Shown here one piece after another: positions 56,179 through 64,000 of a stretch of DNA of 64,000 bases. Location of the stretch: the IMG/VR virus record IMGVR_UViG_3300014205_000213, positions 9,152 to 73,151 of that record. One strand, given 5' to 3'. This DNA comes from a virus (lineage: Duplodnaviria; Caudoviricetes). Numbering within the stretch: position 1 is the stretch's first letter; each line of letters opens with the position of its first letter. The notes below the pieces were generated by a model. The model was not told the origin of the DNA and made no database searches. It worked only from the letters and a program-made list of their open reading frames with translations. Made by a program: the position numbers and the translations under genes.

Positions 56179-57122
56179 TATTAGTCCAACAATATCCCAC
56201 ACCTCTTAGATATCAAGAGTGGTGGTTTAATAAATTCCCTGAGGAGTTTAAAGGTTACTTTGATGAGATAATCCCCTTAGGATCAACCTACATTAGAAAA
56301 AAGGCACCTCCTTCTCAGTTTGCTCCTATAGAAAACGCAATACAATGGGAGATGCAACAAATGGATCATTACATGCGATTACGTTTACAAAAGGATGATA
56401 TCTTATTACTTTGTGATTTGAGTTTCCCAGGATTGTTTTCATCCGTGTTAATTCACAAGCGCCCAGAAAGATGTTATGCTATTTGTCATGCCACAAGTAA
56501 GAATAAATATGATTACTTTGAGAAGGTAAGAGGAATCAAATACCCTATGGAGAAGGCCACATCTAAACTATTTGATAAGGTCATTGTTGCTTCTGAGTAT
56601 CATAAAGAAAAACTTGGTTGGAATAATATAAGGGTTGTCCCTTTTCCAATGCCTCCTGTCCATGTTGTACAAGAAAAGAAGAAGACTCATTTGTTTGTAT
56701 CTGTAGCCAGACCGGGAATCCAAAAAGAAAATCAATCATACCTGGGGAGATTAAGTAAATTGGGTGTTGATATTGAACGCCCTAACTGCACAACATGGAC
56801 AGAATACTATAATTTTTTGTCGGAGTCAAGGATTTTGTTAATAACTTCAAAAGAGGAGACATATGGATATCAAGTTGTGGATGCCATAATGTGTGGTTGT
56901 ACACCTATTGCACCAAATAAATATAGTTATCCAGAATTACTTGGAAAGGAATTTTTATATAATAATTATTCTTCCTTGAGAGGTAGAATAGCCACCATGA
57001 TGCATGTATGGCTTATGTCCGAGAAAACAAAAGATAAAGACTTTAGACCACTTGCTAAATTGAAGACAGAAAGCAAAGCAATCAATTTTTATAAAACAAT
57101 GGCACAAATAATGACTGCATGA
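56154..57122 (+). CDS. GT-B fold glycosyltransferase (GT4-like)
   Basis: EETYGYQVVDAIMCGCTPIAPNKYSYPEL (ExFG..EA..G.P pattern); ICHAT. Confidence 0.8.
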   Translation: MDNKMARLILVQQYPTPLRYQEWWFNKFPEEFKGYFDEIIPLGSTYIRKKAPPSQFAPIENAIQWEMQQMDHYMRLRLQKDDILLLCDLSFPGLFSSVLIHKRPERCYAICHATSKNKYDYFEKVRGIKYPMEKATSKLFDKVIVASEYHKEKLGWNNIRVVPFPMPPVHVVQEKKKTHLFVSVARPGIQKENQSYLGRLSKLGVDIERPNCTTWTEYYNFLSESRILLITSKEETYGYQVVDAIMCGCTPIAPNKYSYPELLGKEFLYNNYSSLRGRIATMMHVWLMSEKTKDKDFRPLAKLKTESKAINFYKTMAQIMTA

Positions 57123-58147
57123 TGAAACCAAGAGTACTTTTAGATTCAGGAGCATTTACTGCTCAAAAGAAAAAGAAAACAATTGACATAGACAAGTATG
57201 CCAAATATGTTATAAAACATGGAGATGAATACGCTGGTTGTTTTAATCTGGATGCCATAGGGCAAGGTAAGGATGAACAAATTGCCAAGTCTAAACAGGA
57301 TGCCCGGCCAGACGAGTTAATAATCACTACGGCTGAACAAAGTTATCTTAATTGGGAGTATCTCCGAAAGAAAGGAGCCAATACAATCCCTGTATATCAT
57401 ATTGGTACTGACGAAAAGTGGTTAAGAAAATATTTAGACCAGACAGATTATATAGGTTTAGGTGCCATAGCAAACCTTGATACAAATCAAAGGTTGGTTG
57501 GATTAGATGTATTATGGAAAAAATACTTCCTTGACAAAAAGGGTGTCCCCAAGGTTAAGGTTCATGGATTAGGTTTAACGGCTATTCCAATAATGTTGCG
57601 TTATCCTTGGTATTCCGTTGATTCATTTACTCCAGTTATTTCTGCGGTTTGGGGAAGTGTACTGCTTCCAAGATATAAAGACAAATTTCAATATCTTGAT
57701 TTAAACATATACAGAATCTCAGATCAAGCAGATCATGGACAAGGAATTACAGGAAGTTTTGCCACGTTGCCTAGGATATTGCAAAAAAGATACATTAGGT
57801 TGTTTGAACGTAATGGATTTGAATTAGGGGAGATAGCGTACCAAAAGCAAAATCCCAGACGGGGCAAACGGGAAAAGCCAAAACAGGAGCCTATGTTTGA
57901 TATTATCAAACCCCCTTCTAAAAACAAAACTTTGGCAAACCATTGGGAAGAACGTATGCGTTGGAACTTAACTTTGTGGAATAAACTTAGAACCCACATG
58001 ACCAACGATGTGATTATGTATATGGGTGTATCAACGACCACACATCTTAAGATATATAATATGGTTAAACCTAAACTTGATATACTCATAAGTTATGCAT
58101 ACCTAAGTGAATCAATCGACCAAATGAGAAGGGAGTATGTCAAATGA
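57119..58147 (+). CDS. dpdA: DpdA-like (TGT-fold) deazaguanine DNA transglycosylase
   Basis: LLDSGAFT, PVYH, YIGLG, KVHGLG, YPWYSVDS; sits in a que/folE cluster. Confidence 0.78.
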   Translation: MMKPRVLLDSGAFTAQKKKKTIDIDKYAKYVIKHGDEYAGCFNLDAIGQGKDEQIAKSKQDARPDELIITTAEQSYLNWEYLRKKGANTIPVYHIGTDEKWLRKYLDQTDYIGLGAIANLDTNQRLVGLDVLWKKYFLDKKGVPKVKVHGLGLTAIPIMLRYPWYSVDSFTPVISAVWGSVLLPRYKDKFQYLDLNIYRISDQADHGQGITGSFATLPRILQKRYIRLFERNGFELGEIAYQKQNPRRGKREKPKQEPMFDIIKPPSKNKTLANHWEERMRWNLTLWNKLRTHMTNDVIMYMGVSTTTHLKIYNMVKPKLDILISYAYLSESIDQMRREYVK

Positions 58148-58593
58148 AAAGAACAAAAGTACATAAGGAGATACAAAACCTTTTGCTCCCTTCTGCCGGG
58201 TTAGTTTTAATACAGAACAATAAAATACTTTTAGTCCATCCCAAAAACGCTTCTTGGTGGGGAACATACTCCATCCCTAAAGGAAGAATGGAAGGTAATG
58301 AGACTCCTTGGCAAGCCGCCGTACGGGAAACGTATGAAGAGGTTGGAATTGAAGTAAACAAAAATCTATCAATGGGTTGTTGTGGAGAGATCATTTACCC
58401 AAATTGTAAGAAACGTGTTTTGTATTTCTTAGCCTATGCTAAGGAACCTTTTGTTATTGACTTCAAACCCAATGACGAAGTTGACTGGGCAGGGTTCTTA
58501 TCGTACGAACGTGCCAAAGAAAGGATACATCCATTTTTTAAAGAATTATTACAATACATCAGACATGAAAAAAAGATTAGAAGGACTATTTGA
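58144..58593 (+). CDS. Nudix hydrolase
   Basis: PKGRMEGNETPWQAAVRETYEEVGI Nudix box. Confidence 0.92.
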   Translation: MKRTKVHKEIQNLLLPSAGLVLIQNNKILLVHPKNASWWGTYSIPKGRMEGNETPWQAAVRETYEEVGIEVNKNLSMGCCGEIIYPNCKKRVLYFLAYAKEPFVIDFKPNDEVDWAGFLSYERAKERIHPFFKELLQYIRHEKKIRRTI

Positions 58594-59203
58594 AGAGGAA
58601 CAAAAAGGTGTAAATAGAAGAGAGGATTACCTTGATTCAATTGCCACTGACGAAAAGATAGTATCCCCTATCTTACGTGAACTTGGATTTGGGATGACCT
58701 GGGTAAGACATGATAAGGTAAATGAAAAACTTCAACCCACAGATTCTGAGAAGTTTGCAACATGGGAAATGAGATTTATGTTACATGGTTGTGGAAAACT
58801 ATGTGAAATATATCCAATAGATGCCCCGGATAAGAAAGCAATCGTCCACATCTGTACTCGTAAATCAGCCAAGCCAAAAGTATTAGGGATTTACCCAGTA
58901 TATAACATTCCCGGAAAGTGGGCTGAAGAGCACATGCACTTAGATAAGAAAGAGTATGTAAAGTTAGTAACTGAAATACTTGGAGCAACGAATGTCTACT
59001 TTTTATTAATTACTGAAACAAATCAGTATTGGTTTGATAGATATGACAACATACCTTTAAAATACTTATACCCAACTTGGCATGGTAAAGGAAAAGGTGT
59101 ATGGGATAGATTAGCCACCAGGGCTGCAGGTAGGGAGGGGAAATTAAACCATGTAGCAAAAGGATTGTCGGAACAATTAACCAACGCAATATATCATAAA
59201 TAA
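58565..59203 (+). CDS. Hypothetical protein
   Basis: ORF track 58436..59203; ATG 58565 more plausible. Confidence 0.6.
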   Translation: MKKRLEGLFEEEQKGVNRREDYLDSIATDEKIVSPILRELGFGMTWVRHDKVNEKLQPTDSEKFATWEMRFMLHGCGKLCEIYPIDAPDKKAIVHICTRKSAKPKVLGIYPVYNIPGKWAEEHMHLDKKEYVKLVTEILGATNVYFLLITETNQYWFDRYDNIPLKYLYPTWHGKGKGVWDRLATRAAGREGKLNHVAKGLSEQLTNAIYHK

Positions 59204-59209
59204 ACTGAC

Positions 59210-60238
59210 ATGGAAATAAACAAAAAAGAATTACAGAACGCTTTAGAAATTGTAAAGCCTGGATTAGCCAACAAAGAGTTGGTTGAACAATCCACTTCGT
59301 TTGCCTTTATGGATGGAAAGGTGATCACGTATAATGATGAGTTAAGTATCTCACACCCAATACCTGGACTAAAATTGACTGGAGCAATACTGGCTGATAA
59401 TTTATATAAATTCCTTAATAAGATAAAAGGGGATGATATGGATCTCACGGTTGAGGGGAATCAAATAGTTCTTTCTACAGGAAGGGCGAAGGCTGGATTA
59501 ACTTTACAAAAGGAGATAAAACTTCCATTACAACAAGAGATTGAAGGAGAAAGACATTGGAAAAAACTGCCAAACAACTTCTTACGTGACATTGCCTTTG
59601 TTATGACAGCGGCAGGGAAGAATATGAACAGACCAATACTAACCTGTGTGCATGTAAATCAATCAGGGTTTGTTGAGGCCTCTGATAGTTTTAGGATTGC
59701 CCGACGTACATTAGAAAAGGAAATGCCTATAGAAACATTTCTTATCCCTGCCTCTTCAGTTGTTGAGTTGGTTAAATTAAACCCAACAGGAGTTTCTAAA
59801 GGGAAGGGGTGGATACATTTCAGGGCAAAAGAAACAGGTACAGAAATTTCATGTCGTGTATTTAAAGACACATATAAAGACATGACACCTTTCTTAAAAG
59901 TAAAAGGAACACAAATTATACTTCCAAATGGTCTTGAAGGGATGTTAGAGAGGGCAATGGTATTCGCTAAAAGGGAAAGAATATTGGAAGAAGTGGTAAG
60001 CATTTCCATAAAGAATAAACTATTAAAAATGTCAGCCTCCTCCGAATCTGGTTGGTTTAAGGAGGATATTGATATGGAAAAGAAGATAGATCCAATTAGT
60101 TTTGATATTACACCCTACCTATTGAAGGGAATTCTATCTGAAACAAAGGCTTGTGAAGTCACGAAAAACAGAATTAAATTTGAAGGGGATGGTTGGGTGT
60201 ACATTGGAATATTAAGAGAAAATAAAGAGAAGGAATAA
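59210..60238 (+). CDS. dnaN: DNA polymerase sliding clamp (beta/DnaN-like)
   Basis: 342 aa; INKKELQNALEIV, RPILTCV, SDSFRIA; next to pol and clamp loader. Confidence 0.75.
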   Translation: MEINKKELQNALEIVKPGLANKELVEQSTSFAFMDGKVITYNDELSISHPIPGLKLTGAILADNLYKFLNKIKGDDMDLTVEGNQIVLSTGRAKAGLTLQKEIKLPLQQEIEGERHWKKLPNNFLRDIAFVMTAAGKNMNRPILTCVHVNQSGFVEASDSFRIARRTLEKEMPIETFLIPASSVVELVKLNPTGVSKGKGWIHFRAKETGTEISCRVFKDTYKDMTPFLKVKGTQIILPNGLEGMLERAMVFAKRERILEEVVSISIKNKLLKMSASSESGWFKEDIDMEKKIDPISFDITPYLLKGILSETKACEVTKNRIKFEGDGWVYIGILRENKEKE

Positions 60239-61515
60239 TGGAGGGATTCTTTACAGAAAAAGAAACACAATCAATTTCCCGTCCTGGTGGGAAGTCGTAC
60301 ACTTGTATCACATGTGGGTTGTATAAGAAATGTTCAACTCCCAGAATGGCTCCTTTTGGTAAGTTCAAAAAGAAAATATTAAACATAGGTGAAGCCCCAG
60401 GTGAGACAGAGGACAAGACAGGAAAGCCTTGGCAAGGGAAAGTTGGTAGATTACTGAAAGAAACATACGCTTCAATGGGTATTAACTTATTTGAAGATTG
60501 TCTAAATATCAATGCGGCTATGTGTCGTCCCACAAATAAAGATGGGAGTAACAGGTCTCCTTCTAATTTTGAGGTGGAGTGCTGTCGAAAGCGGGTACTT
60601 CTAGCAGTAGAGGAGTACAAACCCAGGTTAATAATTATCTTAGGGAATTCGGGCTTGCTTAGCCTCATAGGGCATAGGTGGAAAAGAGACCTAGGTGGAA
60701 TAACAAAATGGAGAGGTTTTACTATTCCCGACCAGGATTATAAAGCCTGGTTGTGTCCAACGTATCATCCAAGTTTTGTGGAAAGATCCTTTTTGTCCTC
60801 CTATAGTAACCAGGATAAAAAGAGTGTTGAATACGTTATTTGGAAACAAGATTTACAACAGGCATTTGATTTATTACAAACGCACACATACCAAGGTAAA
60901 ACAACATACGCACATCCTTTTCCAATATATAAGGAACCTGTAATCGAAATCATTGATAATCTATCAATATTGAACAAAATAAAGAGTGGCGAAGTAGCAT
61001 TTGATTATGAAACAACAGGATTAAAACCACATGCCCCTGGACATAAAATTGTCTGTGCATCTGTGGCTACTTCCCCTAACTTTGCCTATGTATTTCTTAT
61101 GCCCAAGAAAAGAAAAGATAGACAACCCTTCCTAAATTTACTTGCCAATAAAAATGTAGGGAAAATAGCCCAGAATATGAAGTATGAAGATACCTGGAGT
61201 ATAGTACAGTTGGAACAACAAGTTGTGAATTGGGTATGGGATACCATGTTATATTCACATATACTTGACAACAGGGCAGGAGTAACAGGATTAAAATTTC
61301 AAGTCTATGTTAACTTTGGAATTGTTGATTACGCAAGTGAAGTGGCTCCATATTTTGAATCCTCAGATAGCAAGGATGGGAATGGAATTAACAAAATATT
61401 TGACATCTTAAAAACTTCAGATGGTAAACGTAAATTATTGAAATACTGTGCGTATGATTCCATTAACGAATTTCGATTGGCAGAGAAACAAAGACTTAAT
61501 CTATTACCCTTTTAG
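60238..61515 (+). CDS. Family-4 uracil-DNA glycosylase domain fused to PolA 3'-5' exonuclease domain
   Basis: CITCGL...IGEAPG...YHPS (UDG4); AFDYETTGL, QNMKYED, DTML, YCAYD (Exo I-III). Confidence 0.85.
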   Translation: MEGFFTEKETQSISRPGGKSYTCITCGLYKKCSTPRMAPFGKFKKKILNIGEAPGETEDKTGKPWQGKVGRLLKETYASMGINLFEDCLNINAAMCRPTNKDGSNRSPSNFEVECCRKRVLLAVEEYKPRLIIILGNSGLLSLIGHRWKRDLGGITKWRGFTIPDQDYKAWLCPTYHPSFVERSFLSSYSNQDKKSVEYVIWKQDLQQAFDLLQTHTYQGKTTYAHPFPIYKEPVIEIIDNLSILNKIKSGEVAFDYETTGLKPHAPGHKIVCASVATSPNFAYVFLMPKKRKDRQPFLNLLANKNVGKIAQNMKYEDTWSIVQLEQQVVNWVWDTMLYSHILDNRAGVTGLKFQVYVNFGIVDYASEVAPYFESSDSKDGNGINKIFDILKTSDGKRKLLKYCAYDSINEFRLAEKQRLNLLPF

Positions 61516-61517
61516 AT

Positions 61518-62912
61518 ATGATATATAATCCAAGATCAGAAGAGGCATACCGTTTGTTGCATGACGGTATCTTAGCACTTGCCCGTGCCGAACGACAAGG
61601 CATCCGTCTTGATGTTAAATATGTTGAAAAGAAAATGAAGAGCCTAACTGTCAAGATAGATGATCTTGAAACAGAGTTTAGGCGAACAAAATTCTTTAAG
61701 CATTGGCAACACTCAATGACGGGAACAATCAATATACATTCAGGTACACAGTTGTCGGTATTTCTTTATAAGATAAAAAAGATAAAGATTGAAAAAACAA
61801 CAGTATCTGGACAGGGGGCAACTGATGATGAGGCATTAAAACAAATGAACATCCCCGAATTAAATTTATTACTCAAGGTACGAAAACTAAAGAGAATTCG
61901 TGACACATATTTAAGTGGGTTTTTAAGAGAACAAGTGGATGGATACATACATCCTTTCTTTAACTTGAACCTTGTCATAACTTACAGAAGCTCCTCAGAC
62001 CATCCTAACTTCCAAAATATTCCAGTTAGGGATAAACAATCCATGCGAATATGTAGGAAAGCACTTTACCCACGACCAGGACATCAACTACTTGAGGCAG
62101 ACTTTAAAGGATTAGAAGTGGCTATTGCTACCTGCTATCATAAGGATCCCACGATGATCAAATATGTAAGCAATCCTAAAAGTGATATGCATGGAGATAT
62201 GGCTCAACAAATTTTTATGATTGATAAATTTAATAAGGAAGTTCCAGAATATTACACGTTAAGACAGGCTGCCAAGAATGGATTTGTATTCCCCGAGTTC
62301 TACGGTGACTATTATAAAAACTGTGCAGTAAATTTAGCCTGTGGTTGGGGAAAGTTACCTCAAGGTAAATGGTCTCCAGGCCAGGGAATTCCTCTACCTA
62401 AAGGAACATTATCCGATCATTTAATATCCAACAAAATAAAATCTATTGATCATTTCACTGAACATATTAAAGGAATTGAAGAACATTTTTGGAATGTAAG
62501 ATTTCCTAAGTACACTGAATGGAAAAATCGTTGGTATGACAAGTACAAAAAACGTGGTTATATTGAATTACTAACCGGGTTTATGTGCAGTGGAGTAATG
62601 AGTCGTAATGACTGTATCAACTATCCAGTACAGGGGGCAGCATTCCATTGTTTGTTATGGACATTTATTCGTCTTGACGAACTAATAAGAAGTGAAAAAC
62701 TTCGTACACGATTAATTGGACAAATACATGACTCCATACTACTTGACGTGTACCCTAAAGAAAGGAAGTATATCACTGAAATGGTTCACAAGATTACTTG
62801 CTTTGAACTACCCGAGGTGTGGAAGTGGATAATAGTACCTCTTGATGTAGATATGTCCATTTGTCAAATTGATGCACCTTGGTCTGAAAAGGAGAAATAT
62901 ATATTCAAATAA
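61518..62912 (+). CDS. polA: Family A DNA polymerase, polymerase domain (split gene)
   Basis: RSSSDHPNFQNIP, EADFKGLE (motif A), RQAAKNGFVFPEFYG (motif B), QIHDS (motif C). Confidence 0.92.
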   Translation: MIYNPRSEEAYRLLHDGILALARAERQGIRLDVKYVEKKMKSLTVKIDDLETEFRRTKFFKHWQHSMTGTINIHSGTQLSVFLYKIKKIKIEKTTVSGQGATDDEALKQMNIPELNLLLKVRKLKRIRDTYLSGFLREQVDGYIHPFFNLNLVITYRSSSDHPNFQNIPVRDKQSMRICRKALYPRPGHQLLEADFKGLEVAIATCYHKDPTMIKYVSNPKSDMHGDMAQQIFMIDKFNKEVPEYYTLRQAAKNGFVFPEFYGDYYKNCAVNLACGWGKLPQGKWSPGQGIPLPKGTLSDHLISNKIKSIDHFTEHIKGIEEHFWNVRFPKYTEWKNRWYDKYKKRGYIELLTGFMCSGVMSRNDCINYPVQGAAFHCLLWTFIRLDELIRSEKLRTRLIGQIHDSILLDVYPKERKYITEMVHKITCFELPEVWKWIIVPLDVDMSICQIDAPWSEKEKYIFK

Positions 62913-62916
62913 TGAT

Positions 62917-62925
62917 TTGTATAAT
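62917..62925 (+). promoter_or_regulatory. TTGTATAAT putative phage promoter
   Basis: Intergenic, upstream of the clamp loader. Confidence 0.6.
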
Positions 62926-62946
62926 ATAAAACGTAAAAACAAAATT

Positions 62947-63858
62947 ATGAGCTTTCACATCAAATATCGACCACCATCTCTCGACCGGATAAAAGGGAAT
63001 GCCGAGGTTGTTTGTACTCTTGAATCCCTATTAGGAAAGAAAGACTGTCCCCACAGTTTCCTTCTATACGGTCCTACCGGATGTGGGAAAACTACCGTAG
63101 CACGTATTCTGGCTGATAGATTAAATTGTATTGGTAATGATTTACGGGAAATCAATTTCGCAGAGTTTCGTGGGATTGATACAATTCGTGAATTATATAA
63201 CCACAGTCACTTTATGCCTATAGAAGGAAAGAATCGTATGTGGATACTGGATGAGTGTCATAAGATGACAAACGATGCACAAAATGCATTATTAAAGATA
63301 CTTGAAGAACCTCCTGACCATGTCTACTTTGTTCTATGCACAACAGATCCACAAAAATTATTACCCACCATAAAAGGAAGATGCAGTCAATACCAACTAA
63401 ATCCATTATCCGATGGAGATATGTTAAGTTTACTTCAAAGGGTAGTAAAACGTGAGAAGGCTGAATTGGACAAAAAAGTGTATGATGTAATTATAAGAGA
63501 CAGTCTAGGACTTCCAAGAAACGCCCTACAAATATTGGAGAAGGTACTAAGTACTCCAATTGAGAAAAGGTTACGTGTGGCTGAACAAGAAGCAGAACAA
63601 ATGTCTCAGGCAATTGAACTTTGCAGAGCCATGATGAAAAAGGCTCCTTGGGGAGCGGTAGCAAGTATATTAAAGGGAATAAAAGATCAAGACCCAGAAG
63701 GGATACGTAGAATGGTACTTGGGTATTGTCAAAGTACATTACTTAGTAATGATAATTGGAGAGCAGGTGTTATAATGGAACAGTTTATTGATCCTTTTTA
63801 TGACAGTGGATTTCCTCAATTAGTATATGCATGTTATACAGTAATTAAAACCAAATGA
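62947..63858 (+). CDS. dnaX: Clamp loader AAA+ subunit (DnaX gamma/tau-like)
   Basis: KYRP, GPTGCGKTT, ILDECH, AQNALLKILEEPP, TIKGRC. Confidence 0.9.
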   Translation: MSFHIKYRPPSLDRIKGNAEVVCTLESLLGKKDCPHSFLLYGPTGCGKTTVARILADRLNCIGNDLREINFAEFRGIDTIRELYNHSHFMPIEGKNRMWILDECHKMTNDAQNALLKILEEPPDHVYFVLCTTDPQKLLPTIKGRCSQYQLNPLSDGDMLSLLQRVVKREKAELDKKVYDVIIRDSLGLPRNALQILEKVLSTPIEKRLRVAEQEAEQMSQAIELCRAMMKKAPWGAVASILKGIKDQDPEGIRRMVLGYCQSTLLSNDNWRAGVIMEQFIDPFYDSGFPQLVYACYTVIKTK

Positions 63859-64000
63859 TCATGAGAGAAACAATTTTGAAATTAAAAACAATGTTCCCTG
63901 CAGAAAGATTCATTTTAACTGGATCCTATGTACTGGCAGAATATGGGTTAGTAGAAAAATCCGTAGTTCGAGATTTAGATATTATTTTAGTCAAGCCAGA
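63855..64000 (+). CDS. Partial Pol-beta-superfamily nucleotidyltransferase-like protein (cut by window end)
   Basis: Read manually: ILTGSYVL..YGL......RDLDII (hGS...DxD). Confidence 0.55.
   Translation, partial: MIMRETILKLKTMFPAERFILTGSYVLAEYGLVEKSVVRDLDIILVKP

Noticed and set aside
57119-58147. Call as a host-type tRNA-guanine transglycosylase (tgt)
   Set aside because: Has DSGAF rather than DSGGFQ and lacks the Tgt Zn-binding CxCxxC motif; context favours DNA-acting DpdA.
1-64000. Stop-codon reassignment (alternative genetic code)
   Set aside because: Genes tile densely and end at expected lengths under the standard code; the polA split changes frame, so read-through would not join it.
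1-64000. Prophage/lysogeny module
   Set aside because: No integrase, repressor or host flanking genes recognised in this window; lifestyle cannot be decided.

Overview
The whole window is part of a large, tailed dsDNA phage genome (siphovirus-type tail; no integrase, CRISPR or rRNA in view). It has two divergent arms around a ~2.5 kb non-coding region (32.7-35.2 kb). The minus-strand late arm (32.67 kb to 1 kb) runs terminase, cold-shock protein, FN3/polysaccharide-deacetylase protein, portal, head morphogenesis, protease/scaffold, decoration and capsid genes. An eight-gene glycan-building cassette follows, then head-tail, tail tube, frameshifted chaperones, tape measure, tail tip and lysis genes. 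The plus-strand early/middle arm (35.2-64 kb) has many small ORFs, an SNF2 helicase, a sigma factor, primase, replication initiator and DnaB. It then carries a 7-deazaguanine DNA-modification cluster (queD, queE, folE, a Zn-less queC, a dpdA-like gene) interleaved with SDR, radical SAM, PIG-L deacetylase, GT-B glycosyltransferase and Nudix genes. It ends with a beta-clamp, a split UDG-exo/PolA polymerase and a clamp loader. A Bacteroidota-type promoter and tail motifs hint at a Bacteroidota/FCB host. The strongest leads are (1) a possible sugar-hypermodified deazaguanine pathway, (2) a virion glycan cassette with recurring acidic Ser-Gly loops in virion proteins, and (3) three unannotated proteins that share domains (basic H1-like, poly-ED acidic, and N-domain-only forms). 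All product calls come from motifs read by eye; no database searches were run.
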